DNA from: Geosiphon pyriformis uo1 | Taxonomy: Eukaryota > Fungi > Glomeromycota | Direction of reading: 5' to 3' | DNA: 64,000 nucleotides | Assembly (NCBI GenBank): GCA_016748015.1 | Contig: JAAOMT010000376.1 | Coordinates: 1 to 64,000, forward strand | Shown here: in pieces, positions 51,919-64,000 of the stretch | Layout of the letters: each line of letters opens with the position of its first letter | Position numbering within the stretch: the stretch's first letter is position 1 | Notes under the pieces: model-generated | The model's input: only the letters and a program-made list of their open reading frames with translations | Database searches by the model: none | Told to the model about the DNA's origin: nothing | Program-made: the position numbers and the translations under genes

Positions 51919-53305
51919 TTTTAGGAATATATTCTAAAATGTATATTCAAGTTCGCGTTAATAAAAAAAGATTTATTTAAATTATTAATTCATCAGGCTC
52001 AATACCATATTTATTATTTCTTTTCGGAATTATGATGATTAGATACTTCTGGAAAAAAATACTCGCAATAAAAGCTAACTCACTAATTTGAAAATTTTTT
52101 TTATGCAGGATTTTTGAATTAATCCTTAGGTGACGATTTTGCTGATCAGATATTATTGGAAAGGGCCGAAAGTAACAGATTTTATTGATAATCAATATAA
52201 CATGTGTCATAAATTGCTCCAAAACATTTTTCTACTCCCCTTTTTAACGATCACCCATAGGATTTAGATTCGAACTACCGGTAAAGGACTTTCTCCGCAA
52301 GAAACGCCTTTAGCTTTCAACTCTTATGCTTGGGGGTCGTTATCTTTTTGAAAGGAAAGAATTCTCTAAACATGCTGTCGTAAAAGCTTAGCGTAAAACT
52401 TTGCATCAATGATACGCCGAAAACAAAATAAGCTAGTTTTTCCCTTCATACAAAACCACCAGACGCAAAAATTTTTTGTAAGATCCTTTGGTCTTTAAAG
52501 ACCTGTACCAATGTTCAATTATGTGTCAGGAACATAATTAATTGTTGTTTCTTCAGAAATCAATGTTTTTTTCCAGCTATCGTCAAAATGAAATTTAGCC
52601 CATTGGACACTTTTCTGTTTTTGAGCCTTTGTCAGCATGTGAGTAGTAATTGATAGATTTTTTGTATATCCAATCGATTTTAAATGTTTGCCAATTGTGT
52701 AATATAAGCTTTCTACTCCCTATCTATCTAGTTTAGTAGCAATTTTTCGCAGAGACACTGAATAATCTTTATGAAAATATTATTCGATACATATGCCGTA
52801 ATCTTGTGAAGAAAATTATTGCCTTTGTGTTCAATTATACTTAATTTTTTACTTTCTATCTAGGATTTTGAGACAGGCATCTTGGTGAATTTATTTGATC
52901 TCATCCCAGAAATATAATAGCTTTTGCTTGTTACGTTTCTTGACCAACAGATTCAACTCCAAACGTAAAATTATACATAACATTGCAAATTAATTCTATA
53001 TTGGGAATAAAATCTTTCACATGGGTACTCAATTGGTAAAAAATGAAAAGGTTATATATGCTAAATATTTATTCTTTTTTATGAGACAAATAAAAGCGGA
53101 TATTAGTAGGGTGTAATATTATAAGCTAGTTAAAAATTTTCTATAATTAAAATTTGGTAAAAGATTTAAAGGGTTCAAATCTTTTTATAAAAAAATTGAT
53201 CAAAAAAATAATGGCCTTTGAGATATTTGAAAACAATTTCTTTGTTAAAAATAATTTCATATTAAATTTTCCAATTATTGTTAGAGAGAAAATTAAAATT
53301 GTTTT

Positions 53306-53975
53306 CCTCTTGTCCTCTCAAAGATTTGAGATAAAATGGTTTTATTTGCTCTCATCACAATCTTTAATTTTTCTATTTTTATCTTTCTTTTTATAATATC
53401 ATAAAGAATTGAATTTAAAACAAAATTGATGTCAAAAAATTGGGAAATATGATTTTGGGATTATGTTTTCTTATGAAACAAAATATAAAATAATTCATTA
53501 ACTAACAGGTTAATAAAAATTTAGTTTTTTAAATTTTTCTTATTTTTATTCTATATAATCAAAAATGATCGAGAGCAGGAAAATTAGTTATTTCAAAAAA
53601 AAGATATCGAATAAATGAAAAAGTGAAAAAATAAAATAAAATTGTCTGCCTCTTGTCCTCTCAAAGATGTGAGATAAAATGGTTTTATTTGCTCTCATCA
53701 CAATCTTTAACTTTTCTATTTTTATCTTTCTTTTTATAATATCATAAAGAATTGAATTTAAAACAAAATTGATGTCAAAAAATTGGGAAATATGATTTTG
53801 GGATTATGTTTTCTTATGAAACAAAATATAAAATAATTCATTAAATAACAGGTTAATAAAAATTTAGTTTTTTAAATTTTTCTTATTTTTATTCTATATA
53901 ATCAAAAATGATTGAGAGCAGAAAAATTAGTTATTTCAAAAAAAAGGATTTCGAATAAATGAAAAAGTGAAAAAA
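53306..53975. repeat. Near-perfect tandem duplication, ~343-bp period
   Basis: cctcttgtcctctcaaaga... starts at ~53306 and ~53649, with few substitutions between the copies. Confidence 0.9.
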
Positions 53976-54095
53976 AAATTTATAAACTTTTTGATTAATT
54001 GAACTTTCGTTTTAACATCTAATTTTAAGTAAGTTATGCTAATTATTCTTTAGAAAAATTTAATTTTAAAATCAAGTTTTGAAAAATTCTTATTT

Positions 54096-55664
54096 TCACC
54101 ACCATCTCTGCCACATTGGAGCGCAATAACCCATCGTAACACCAAAATATGGGCCTTTATGTTTCATATATCCAATTTCTTTTGATCCCATTTGACTAGC
54201 ATTACATTCCTAAAACATGATCAAATAATAATTTCAAAATACTTTTATTTTAATGTTACATTCAAAAATAAATAATTTCAAAAAGAGAATTTACAAATTT
54301 TTTCTACAAACCTCATTTTCTCCGGCAAAAGCTTTCTCTTCATAAAATCCATCACATTGATAAAGAATATAACTCCCGTCAATTATAATCGGTTTTCGAT
54401 CACCAGTTGCACTATTCAAACAATCACAATTCAAGAAGGATAACCAAAATTCTTGTTCATGATGATAATAGCTATCATCTCGTGGATATTGAGGAATTGG
54501 ATCAATAGTATGTGTCAAGCGGTAAACTTTCAAAAGCTGATTCACAAGTAATGCAAAAATTTTGTTTCCTATTCGTGGTTGACCATAGGTTTGAACCAAT
54601 AATTGTACACCATGTAATTCATTCATTCGACTAAATTCCGCAGCTTCAACTTCTTTATAAAATGCCAAGGCTGCCAGGACGGCGTATGCTATGATAAAAT
54701 TAGATTAAATTTATGAAAAAAAAAAACTCCCAAAAAAAAATCTGCTGAAACAACTTTCTTCAAATCTTAAAGAATAGCTGAATAAATAACTTACCACCCC
54801 CTATTCCGTGACCTGTAAAAATTACATTTGTCTTGAAATTTATTTTTCTTGGTAAATTCATTTCCCTTTTTAATTTTCTAATTTTTTGAAATAATTTTGG
54901 TAACATTAATTCTACATCTTGATAGAAAATTTTATCCACTTTCATCTCTCGAGTCGAATGAAATCCAGAATGATGATAAGTAATTAAAATATTTTCTCGT
55001 GTTTCCCACTCTTTGATCGTCATTTCTCTTCCTTTGAAAAACGCTATGATTTCGTTTTTTTGTTCGTTTATTATTACATCAACTAATTTTGAATTTAAGT
55101 ATTTAAAAATGATATGAGAATAGAGTTCAAAATGTTTTAGAAAGTGATTAAATTTCAATTAGCAAAAAAAAATTATTTTTTTAAATCACCATTAGCACCC
55201 ACTACCACTTTGCCAATTTCATTATCTGGAAGACAGTAACCATAATTTGCGAATCGTGCATAGCTTGTCAAATAATCAATGATTAAATGATCTATAACAG
55301 GATTTTTGGGAGGAGAACTAGCCGAACGACCAAAGGATCTTGGATATTCAGCAATTGAGTATGTTTGACTTTTATTATCACTTGATCTGGTTTTCGAGAA
55401 ATATTAATTTTTTTTTTAATGAAAATTTTTGATTAAAATATTTTACCTTTGAAAAAGATGATTCATTCCTCTGGTAAAATTTTTTAAATGGTTTTCCTTT
55501 TTGACCCCACTTAAAATTTTCTCTTCTTTTTGATTTAAAAATTTTTTTATCATTATCTCTTTAAGAAAACAATACATAAAAAAAAAAGTTAAAAAAATTA
55601 TCCCAAAAAGCAAACTTAATTTTCTTTTATAATTTTTATATCCTGTTCTATTAAAAAAGAACAT
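54096..55664 (-). CDS. Divergent class-3 lipase-like protein, copy H (GHGIGG; Ser->Gly), 5 exons
   Basis: Type II anchor (KRKLSLLFGIIFLTFFFMYCFL); YARFANYGYC; IAFFKGR; IFTGHGIGGAYAVLAAL; TYGQPRIGN; RLTHTIDPIPQYP; KHKGPYFG; spliced model open. Confidence 0.88.
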
Positions 55665-57335
55665 GATTTCAATTCTTGAAAAGATAACTGTAACAGAATT
55701 TTTTTAAAATTTATATATTAAGATATCTTTGGTATTTAGGAGAGTTTACTTTCATCCCAAATAATGGTAAACATGTTTTGACCGACTAGATCAGCCGACA
55801 AGTTTTTAATTTTTCCGTATCAGGTTGTTTTTAAAAGATAAGGTGAAATATATATATTTCCTGATGAAAATATTACACAATGATAGTCTTATATTTCGTT
55901 GGACATATAATTGAGATAATTAAAATGTTTTAAACACTTTCAAAAAATACATTTATTGTACGCTTGGTGCATTAAATTTTAAGGGTTTCTAGCGAAATGA
56001 AATTTTAGTTGTAAATTTTATAAAGTATAAGAGTTTAAAATAAATATCACAAGATTTAGAACTTCAAAGGGCTATTATAACACGGTTCAGAGACTATTTG
56101 ATTTATCAAAAGTTATTGAAAAATATAAACAACTGGGTTTTTATATTTGTTTGTGAGACGAAATTCGATTTGATCTTTTTATATATGATGTGAATAATAT
56201 TCTCTTGTCAGACAATATATGAATAAAGTTGTTAAACAAAATGATTTAATAGAATTCTTTTTTTTTTTTCACAAATAACTAATTATTTCTTTATAAACTA
56301 TGAACTCTGTAGTGAAAATAGCATAAATTTAATGTTTACACCTGAGTTTTTTTTTAAAATTTTATGTGGTTATAATATAATCACAAAATAAAAATTTTAT
56401 TCACTAATAATACTTTTTATTATTATTATTATTATTTTCATTTTGAATACTATTGTAAATAATTAATTGTAGACACACATAGTTGTTGTTTTTCTTTTCT
56501 GTTTATTTAAATATTTATTTTATAAAAATATAAAAAGATTTCAAAAATGTGTATTTTAATATGATTCATACATATATAATATCTAATAAAAAAGTTTAAA
56601 TTAAACAATATATTTAATTAAACAAATTTTTACAAATCTTTATCAAATAATATTTTAGAAAAGATTTTTTTTTCTATATACTGTATCTTAAAATAATAAG
56701 TTATTTAAAATCTCAAATTCTTTTAAGAATATAAATTTATTTTTTTATAAATTGTCATATTTTAAAAATATATTTAACCATTTTAAAACAATTATTAATC
56801 ATTAATAATATTAATATTAATAATAATATATAAAAAAATTTGTTATATATAACTTTATTTTAAAAGATCAAAAATTATTGTATAAAATTTATATATCTGT
56901 CAACCTATTTTTTGGTATACATACATCAAAAAAATTATGTTTATTAAAATCTTTTATAAAAACCTAATACTAATCGTTTAACACTATAAAAGATATTTAT
57001 TTTTATGTGTTTTTTAAATATTAAAATTTAGAAAGAAACAAATCTAAAATACTAAATACTAAATACCTGTAAACGAATTGAGAAATTAAAAACAAGAAAA
57101 TTAGAAAATAAGAATTATATATATATTAAAAAGTGAGGGTTTGAAATAAAAAATTCTTTTAAAAGTTCCCTTTCTTATTTCTAAATTTACTGTCAAAAAT
57201 TTAAAAAATCATTATTTGAAGATCAAACAATGAGTTTGTGTTAGGTCAACTTGTAAAAGACCGAGGTTTACAATTAAGACGGTTTAATCAATAATCCATT
57301 TTAATTAAGAAACTGAATTTACCCTCATTGCCTTT

Positions 57336-58767
57336 TTAAGAGAAGGAAAACTGAGTACAGTCACCGATCGTTGTACCAAAATAAGGACCAAAGTGATTAT
57401 CCCTGCTGGAGTCTGTAATTGTTTGTCCAGCGTTACATTCCTAAAAATTATTATTTATTCATAAAATAAAAATATAAAATTTTATTAAGCTTTTATAAAT
57501 TTCAGAAGAAGAAATAATTTATATTATAGATAAAATTATTTCTTCACGAACCATATTTTCCATCGCTAGATTATCACCAGGAGTCCAAAACCTTTCCCGA
57601 ATAAATTGTTGTATTCTAACTAACTTTTTTTCTTGATTATCTTCTAATTGTCCACAATCCCATATAACCTCGTCTGTGTTTTGGGAACAATTACAATCTA
57701 TTTCAATCCATATTTCTCTTTCATGATGTTGCATTATTGTGCTCTCATTTTCAATTGGAGGAAAATGTGGGAAATAATCATTGTAATGAGTTATTCTTAT
57801 AACCCTTACTATTTCATTCATCATTCTAGCAAACATAATATTTCCGACTCTTGGTTGACCCAAAGTACCAATAGAAATATCAAGTGGTAAATTTGCATCC
57901 AAAAGATTCATTATTGCAAATGATAGGCCTGTTATGGCAGCATAAGCTATTTATTTATTTTTCATTAAAAAAATGTAAGAATGAGTAAAACAATATATAA
58001 TATATGTATATATATATATATATATATACATAATATCATTTCCTCTCTTAAAAAAACTAACCGCCACCAACGCCATGTCCACAAAAAAGAATTTTTTTAT
58101 GTCCAGTCTCCTTTACTGCCACTATGACTTTTTCCAAAAGCATATTCATCAGCGATAAAACATCAAGAAACCAATCTTCATCTACTTTTACTAGGTTGTT
58201 TTTCTTCATTCCTACGACCTCAAATGTTGTAAGATTATTTTTTCTAGCTTCCCATTCTATCGTTGTCAAATCGATGCCTTTAAAAATAATAACGATTGTT
58301 TTGGTTTGGTATGAAGTTATTACATCAGCTATTATATTGTATGAATAAATAGATAAGAAAATTTTTTTAACACAAGTTAATTTGTTTCATAAATAATACT
58401 TTTTTCATAAAATACCAATGATATTATTCGGCATTGAATTCCCAAGCCCATAAAGTGGAATGCAATAAGGAATATTGGAAAGGGCAGCTATCGCTCTTAG
58501 TTCCTCAATTTCATCGTAGTTGCTAGAATTAATTGCTCTTTTCTCTGGGAACCCTTTATTACTATCATCTGATCTTTTTAAAAAAAAATTAATATTGTTA
58601 TTATCAAAATTTTTTACTGGATAATTTTTTTGCTTTATAGTTAATAAATAATTTGAAAAAGGATATGTATATTTAAGATAGTTGAAATAGTAGAAAATAT
58701 TTGCTAGAAAGATTATTGATAAGATAGAACAAATTTTCATCGATTTGAATAAAAATAACTGTTGCAT
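57336..58767 (-). CDS. Class-3 lipase-like protein, copy I (Ser->Gly), 4 exons
   Basis: MQQLFLFKS start homologous to paralogs; LFCGHGVGGAYAAITG; TLGQPRVGN; NDYFPHFPP; DNHFGPYFG. Confidence 0.88.
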
Positions 58768-61700
58768 TTTTAGCGTAATCTTCCTATTCCTAAATCTACT
58801 TGAAAAGATTAGACGGATATCTTGAAAAAAGTATGCTCTTGTATTTAAAGGGAAAAGGCTCATTCAGAAGGTAGCATCGTTCCAGATTTAGAAGCATAAA
58901 TTTTCCATTAAAGTCTCACTTGATCAAATAAAAAATAAAAAATATCTAAAAAAGTAGATATTAATTAAGAATTTATACCTTACATTCACATGTATTAGAC
59001 TGTAAGTATGTCGAAATATTTATTATTTATTTATTTTATTTATTTTTTAAATTTATTCCAGGATCTTTTACTTTACCTTCAACCGATAAATACGGATAAC
59101 TTATGTATATATATATTAAAAAGGCATTAATGAATTAACTGTTTTTTTTTTTGGAATTGTGCATATACCTAACAATTTTAAATATTACACTAGTCAGTTT
59201 CGCTTTTAGGTTATTGTAATTAAAAAATTTACAAACTATAAAACTTTAACCAAAAGTATTCGAATACATTTATCTTATAACTTTTATTTTCAAGGATTAA
59301 AGATGATTTTTAAAATATATAAAATGAAATTCTGAGGTACTTAAATAACACTAAAATTAAAAAACTTTTTTTTTAGAACTATTACTTTAATAATAATAAT
59401 AATAATAATAATAAATTTACTTTTAAAGGAAGATAATAGTATAATAAAGAATTGCTTTCAAAAATTATTGCTGAAATAATACCACATCTTACTATTAAAT
59501 CCTATTATACTTCATATGAGTCGTTCAAGTATGTTTTCTTTTCTTTCAAAGTTAATTTTTTTAAGAAACCAATATTTTCACGCTTTGAATATGGTCAAGT
59601 TTAACCATTTACCTTTTACACAAGTTGAAAAACGTTATATTTCTTTTTTGAGTACCTTCTTCATGTCAATTTGGTTTACTAAATTGGGTTCAAAATATCC
59701 AAAGAACTTTTTAAAAAGGATTTAAGAAGGATGTTATTGCAATGTAATTTTTTTTTTCAATAATAGACAATTCAGGATAGAATATGATGTTTTAAAAGAT
59801 GATGGAAAATTAAACAGAATCAAATCAAGTTTAGTAAATATTTCATTATTTGGGTAGGCCTTTAATACAAAAGTTCAAAAAAAGAAAACATGAATGGTGA
59901 AAGTTCTTCAAATTTTAGTCTTTTTATCTAAAATCTTTTAATTATTCTAAATGGAATTCAAAATTCTTTATGATTTTGTATGTATCTGGATGAGATAATT
60001 GTTAAGATAGGTTTGGCTCCAATGCTAAGATGAGACTGACTAAATGTGTAGACAGTAATTTGATATTTACAAATTTTCTTATGCTAATACAAGGAAAGGA
60101 ATACTGCATGACCTGGATATAGTAATTTGAGATTATTTTTTAAATTTTTTATTAATGTTTGTGAATTAGAAATTTCTTAAGATAATTCGAAAATCCCAAG
60201 TCATATCCGAAAAAATGAGATTCGTATTCTTGTTTTCAGCTTGATCTAATTGAAAATCAAACCCTTTAAATCAATCAGTTTTCAGCTTTCAGATATTTAC
60301 CATATAATATTGATGCACGTATAAACCTTTAACTCCATGTGGGCTGAATTCGGTATCAAAAATTTTCGAATCATGTGGATTAAAATTGGGTCTTTGACTC
60401 GAATGAACTCAATAATCTCATTATAGAGATTCAAAATTGTCTTAGTTGGATTTTAAAATTTTGAAGTATATTTAATCATTTGAAAAGCAGAAATAAAAAA
60501 AATTTAAAACCTTCAGAAAGGATTATCATAGTCTCTCGTCAAATTATTATCTTAAAATGAACTCAAACAATAGGCTAGATCCGTGAAGTTGAGGTATTTC
60601 TTAAAATAATAGAGTATTCTTCGACTCTTAATTTGAATTCAAAAGTTCTCAGGATTCTCGTCTGTAGGATGTATCAAATAAAATAGCACGGTTAAAACAT
60701 CACAGTTGACCGAATTTCGCAAAGATTTCTTGATGAATTAATGACAATTTGAGGTTTCTCCAATATTGTATTGAAAGTTGTAAAAGGTTTGGTATATATA
60801 GTATTTTGAATTAATTAAACAGATAATTTATATTCATTAATTTTATCAGTGATTAGATAAACTTTAATATTTATCATCCCATTTAACATTTCAAACTCAT
60901 ATATTAGATATCAGATAGAATGATTGAACTGAGTTTTAAATATAACCGATAAAATTTTATTGGAAAGACCCACGCTTAGAAATTAAAGCTAGTCAAAAGT
61001 TTATAAATATTTTTGATGTTCTAAAATTCATAATAAATTTGGCAAAAATATTTTATTTGTTGTAGAAAATAACAATATTTAAATCATAATATTATTTAAA
61101 ATTAGCTTTTGAAAAAATTTCATGATTTCCAAGTTTTTTCCGGCCGTCGAAACGTCTCAAAAAATGAAAAGCAAAAAAAGTGTAGTTATTAAATGTTCGA
61201 AATTACATTATTTAATTGCAGTAAAATGAGACTTTAAAAAACTTTCATTAGTCGTAAAACTATAGAAACCATAAAAGATCCCGTTAATCATTCCTAAATA
61301 ATCACGACTAATGTTCAAAAGTTGGGATATTTTATTTATCAGATTTACACGTGTTTACATAAACATATTATAAATATGAAATTCAAAAAACAGATAAAAC
61401 AAACAAAAACCGTAAAAAATTTGGTTTATAAACATACATTATAAATCTAATGTTGAAAAAATTAAAATTCCCTCCTATTATTTGTACATTGTTTATATTC
61501 ATTTAAATTCAGCTTTTTTCCATAAAAATCTGACTAGGTATCAACAGTATATTTTTTTTTTACATTTACAATTCAATTTAATTTTCAGATTTCATATTAA
61601 TCACAACTAATAAAATTAATGTGAAAATTCTTTTTTTATTAATAAGTCAATAAACCTAATAAAGTAATATTGTATTTTAATTAAAATTAAATATAATTAA

Positions 61701-62217
61701 AAGTTTACATGATTTTTGTTTTTTTTTTTAAAGTACTATAAAAAATTGTTTATGTTTTTGTTATTATGTTTGAACAAATAATTTAATTTTAATAAATTAT
61801 ATTTTTTTTTTGTAAAATAGAATTAAAAATTTGATAAATAAAATATGTTTACATTATTTGAAATTTTAATTATATCACAATCAAATCTTATACTATAAAC
61901 AAAACTAATTATAATTAATATAATACTTATTCGCTATATTCATAAATTTATTTTAACTTAGAAAAAACAATATAAATCAATTTATATATTTTTCTAAAAT
62001 ATTATTATTATTAAATATTATTATTTTATTGTTGTTTTTTAAAGTAATTTATTGAAATAATTTTATAATTATAAAAAAAAAATTTTACAAATTTAATAAA
62101 AAATTTTTTTATCTTCCTTTGAAAAAAGAAATAGTTTTAAAATTGGTTTTTCTTTAAATTTCTCAGAGTTTCGTTTATATTTCTAAAAATTATTTTTTAC
62201 TTCTTGAAATATAAGTT

Positions 62218-62220
<3 letters not shown>

Positions 62221-62250
<30 letters not shown>
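62221..62250. repeat. (AT)n microsatellite upstream of copy J
   Basis: Direct reading. Confidence 0.9.
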
Positions 62251-62252
<2 letters not shown>

Positions 62253-62674
62253 GAAAACTTTTATCAAGGTTTTTTATAGTTTGTAAATTTTCTAATCACA
62301 ATAACCTAAGATGAAACTGCCTGATATAATATTTAAATTTCTTAGGATATACGAAAATGAATCAGTTTATTTACTGAGTTTATTATTATTTGTCTTTTTT
62401 TATCGGTTTAAGATACCGGAATAAATGTACAAAATAGTTTTAGGGATTTTCAGTGTTTTGTAATTTAATAAAAACAGAACTGGATCAAATGGCTTCAAAG
62501 GAATGAATTCTAATCGATTAAGTGAGAATTTAAAGAAAAAATTTATTTTTCTAAATCTGGAAAGATACTTCTTTTCCATTTAAATATCAAAAATATACCT
62601 TTTTAAAATATCGTTTAATCTTTTTTAAAGTAGATTTAGGAATATACGGTTTACTCAAAAAAAAAAAAAAAAAA

Positions 62675-62830
62675 ATGCAAAATTTCTTCTTAATCAAATC
62701 GAAGAAAATTTTTTTTCCAATTTTATTAATATTCTTATTTCAATTAATTTTTCTGGTGAAATTTTTTTGTTATTTCAACTATCTCAAATACACTAGTCCT
62801 TTTTCAAACCATTTATTAACTATAAAGCAA

Positions 62831-62882
<52 letters not shown>

Positions 62883-64000
62883 TTCAAGAAATCCCTAAGC
62901 TCTTACTTCCTGTAAAAACATTTGAGAATAACAGTATTAAATTTTCCTCAAAAAGGTCAGTTGATAGTAATGAGGGTTACCCTAATAAAAGAGCAATTGG
63001 CCTTCACAACTACGATGAAATCAAGGAACTAAGGGCTATAGCTCAGTTTTCCAATATTCCTTATTGCCTTCCTTATAATGAAATTGGGGAATTCATATTG
63101 CAACCGACTAGAATCACTGGTATTTTATGAAATTGAGTATTATTCAATTAATTAATCCTGGTTTAAGATTCTTATCTATTTATTCATACAAACATAATAG
63201 CCGATGTAGTAGACTCAATCGAAAGCGAAACACTCGTTGCTTTTTTTAAAGGCCCCCACTTGACAAAACCACAATGGCAAACTAGAAAAAACGAGCTTAT
63301 AACATTTAGTATCGCAAGAATGAAAATAAATGAACTAGTAAAAGTGGATCTAGAATGGTTTAAGGATGTTTTAAGGATGATGAGGCCTCTTTTATTTAAA
63401 ATCAGGACTTTACTAAAACTTAATGGATTTAAGAAAATTCTTTTCTGTGGACATGGTGTTGGTGGCGGTTAGTTTTTTTAAGAGAATGAAGCATATTATA
63501 TACATTAAGTTGACTAATTTTTATTTTTTCTTTTAAATGAAAAAAAAATCAAATAGCTTATGCCGCCATAGCAGGCCTATCATTTGCAATAATGAATCTT
63601 TTGGATTTAAATTTATCACTTGATATTTCTATTGGTACTTTGGGCCAACCAAGAGTCGGAAATATAATGTTTGCTAGAATGATGAATGATTTCGTAAAGG
63701 TTATAAGAATAACTCATTACAATGATTATTTCCCACATTTTCCTCCAATTGAAAATGAGAGCACAATAATGCAACATCATGAAAGAGAAATATGGATTGA
63801 AATAGATTGTATTTGTCCCCAAAACACAGAAGGGGTTGTATGGGATTGTGGACAATTAGAAGAAAATCAAGAACAAAGGCTATCTAGATTGCAACAGTTT
63901 ATTCAAGAAAAGTTCTGGATCCCTAGTTATAATCTAGCGGCGGAAAATAAGGTTTGTGAAGAAATAATTTTATCTAAAATAAATTGTTTCTTTCGAAATT
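62675..64000 (+). CDS. Class-3 lipase-like protein, copy J (Ser->Gly), with a 16-Asn tract; last exon lies beyond the window
   Basis: Exons 1-3 homologous to A and I; LFCGHGVGGAYAAIAG; TLGQPRVGN; NDYFPHFPP; (AAT)16 at 62831-62878. Confidence 0.88.

Overview
AT-rich eukaryotic (intron-containing) genomic window, most consistent with an early-diverging fungus of the Glomeromycotina/Mucoromycota type: short GT-AG introns, an E2F gene, a BTB-SPRY gene and hyper-AT decayed repeat tracts. Geosiphon pyriformis or a relative is a plausible but unverified source. The dominant feature is a cluster of ten class-3 lipase (Lipase_3, Rhizomucor-type alpha/beta hydrolase) paralogs: eight full-length models (one needs a non-canonical GA donor), one cut by the window edge and one 5'-only pseudogene. 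Eight of the nine copies that reach the nucleophile elbow have GHG(V/I)GG instead of GHSxGG, so the catalytic Ser is replaced by Gly, while the Asp and His motifs, cysteines and splice phases are kept. Only one copy (50534-51918) retains Ser. The Gly codon has diverged synonymously (GGT/GGC/GGA) and the lid-encoding exon looks hypervariable and mosaic. Together this suggests a selected family of membrane-anchored or secreted pseudo-lipases acting in lipid binding or recognition, arranged around one possibly active enzyme. Also present: a secreted Cys/His/Asp/Trp-repeat protein, an ERp38/TigA-type PDI (CTHC first site, 11-nt microexon), an intact BTB-SPRY gene with an inverted pseudogene, a short E2F, an atypical tRNA-like Pol III gene reading TTA in canonical register with an upstream hairpin, a decayed multi-exon gene relic, several local duplications and one assembly-gap artefact. 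Gene models were built by hand from splice signals and paralog comparison; no database searches were run.
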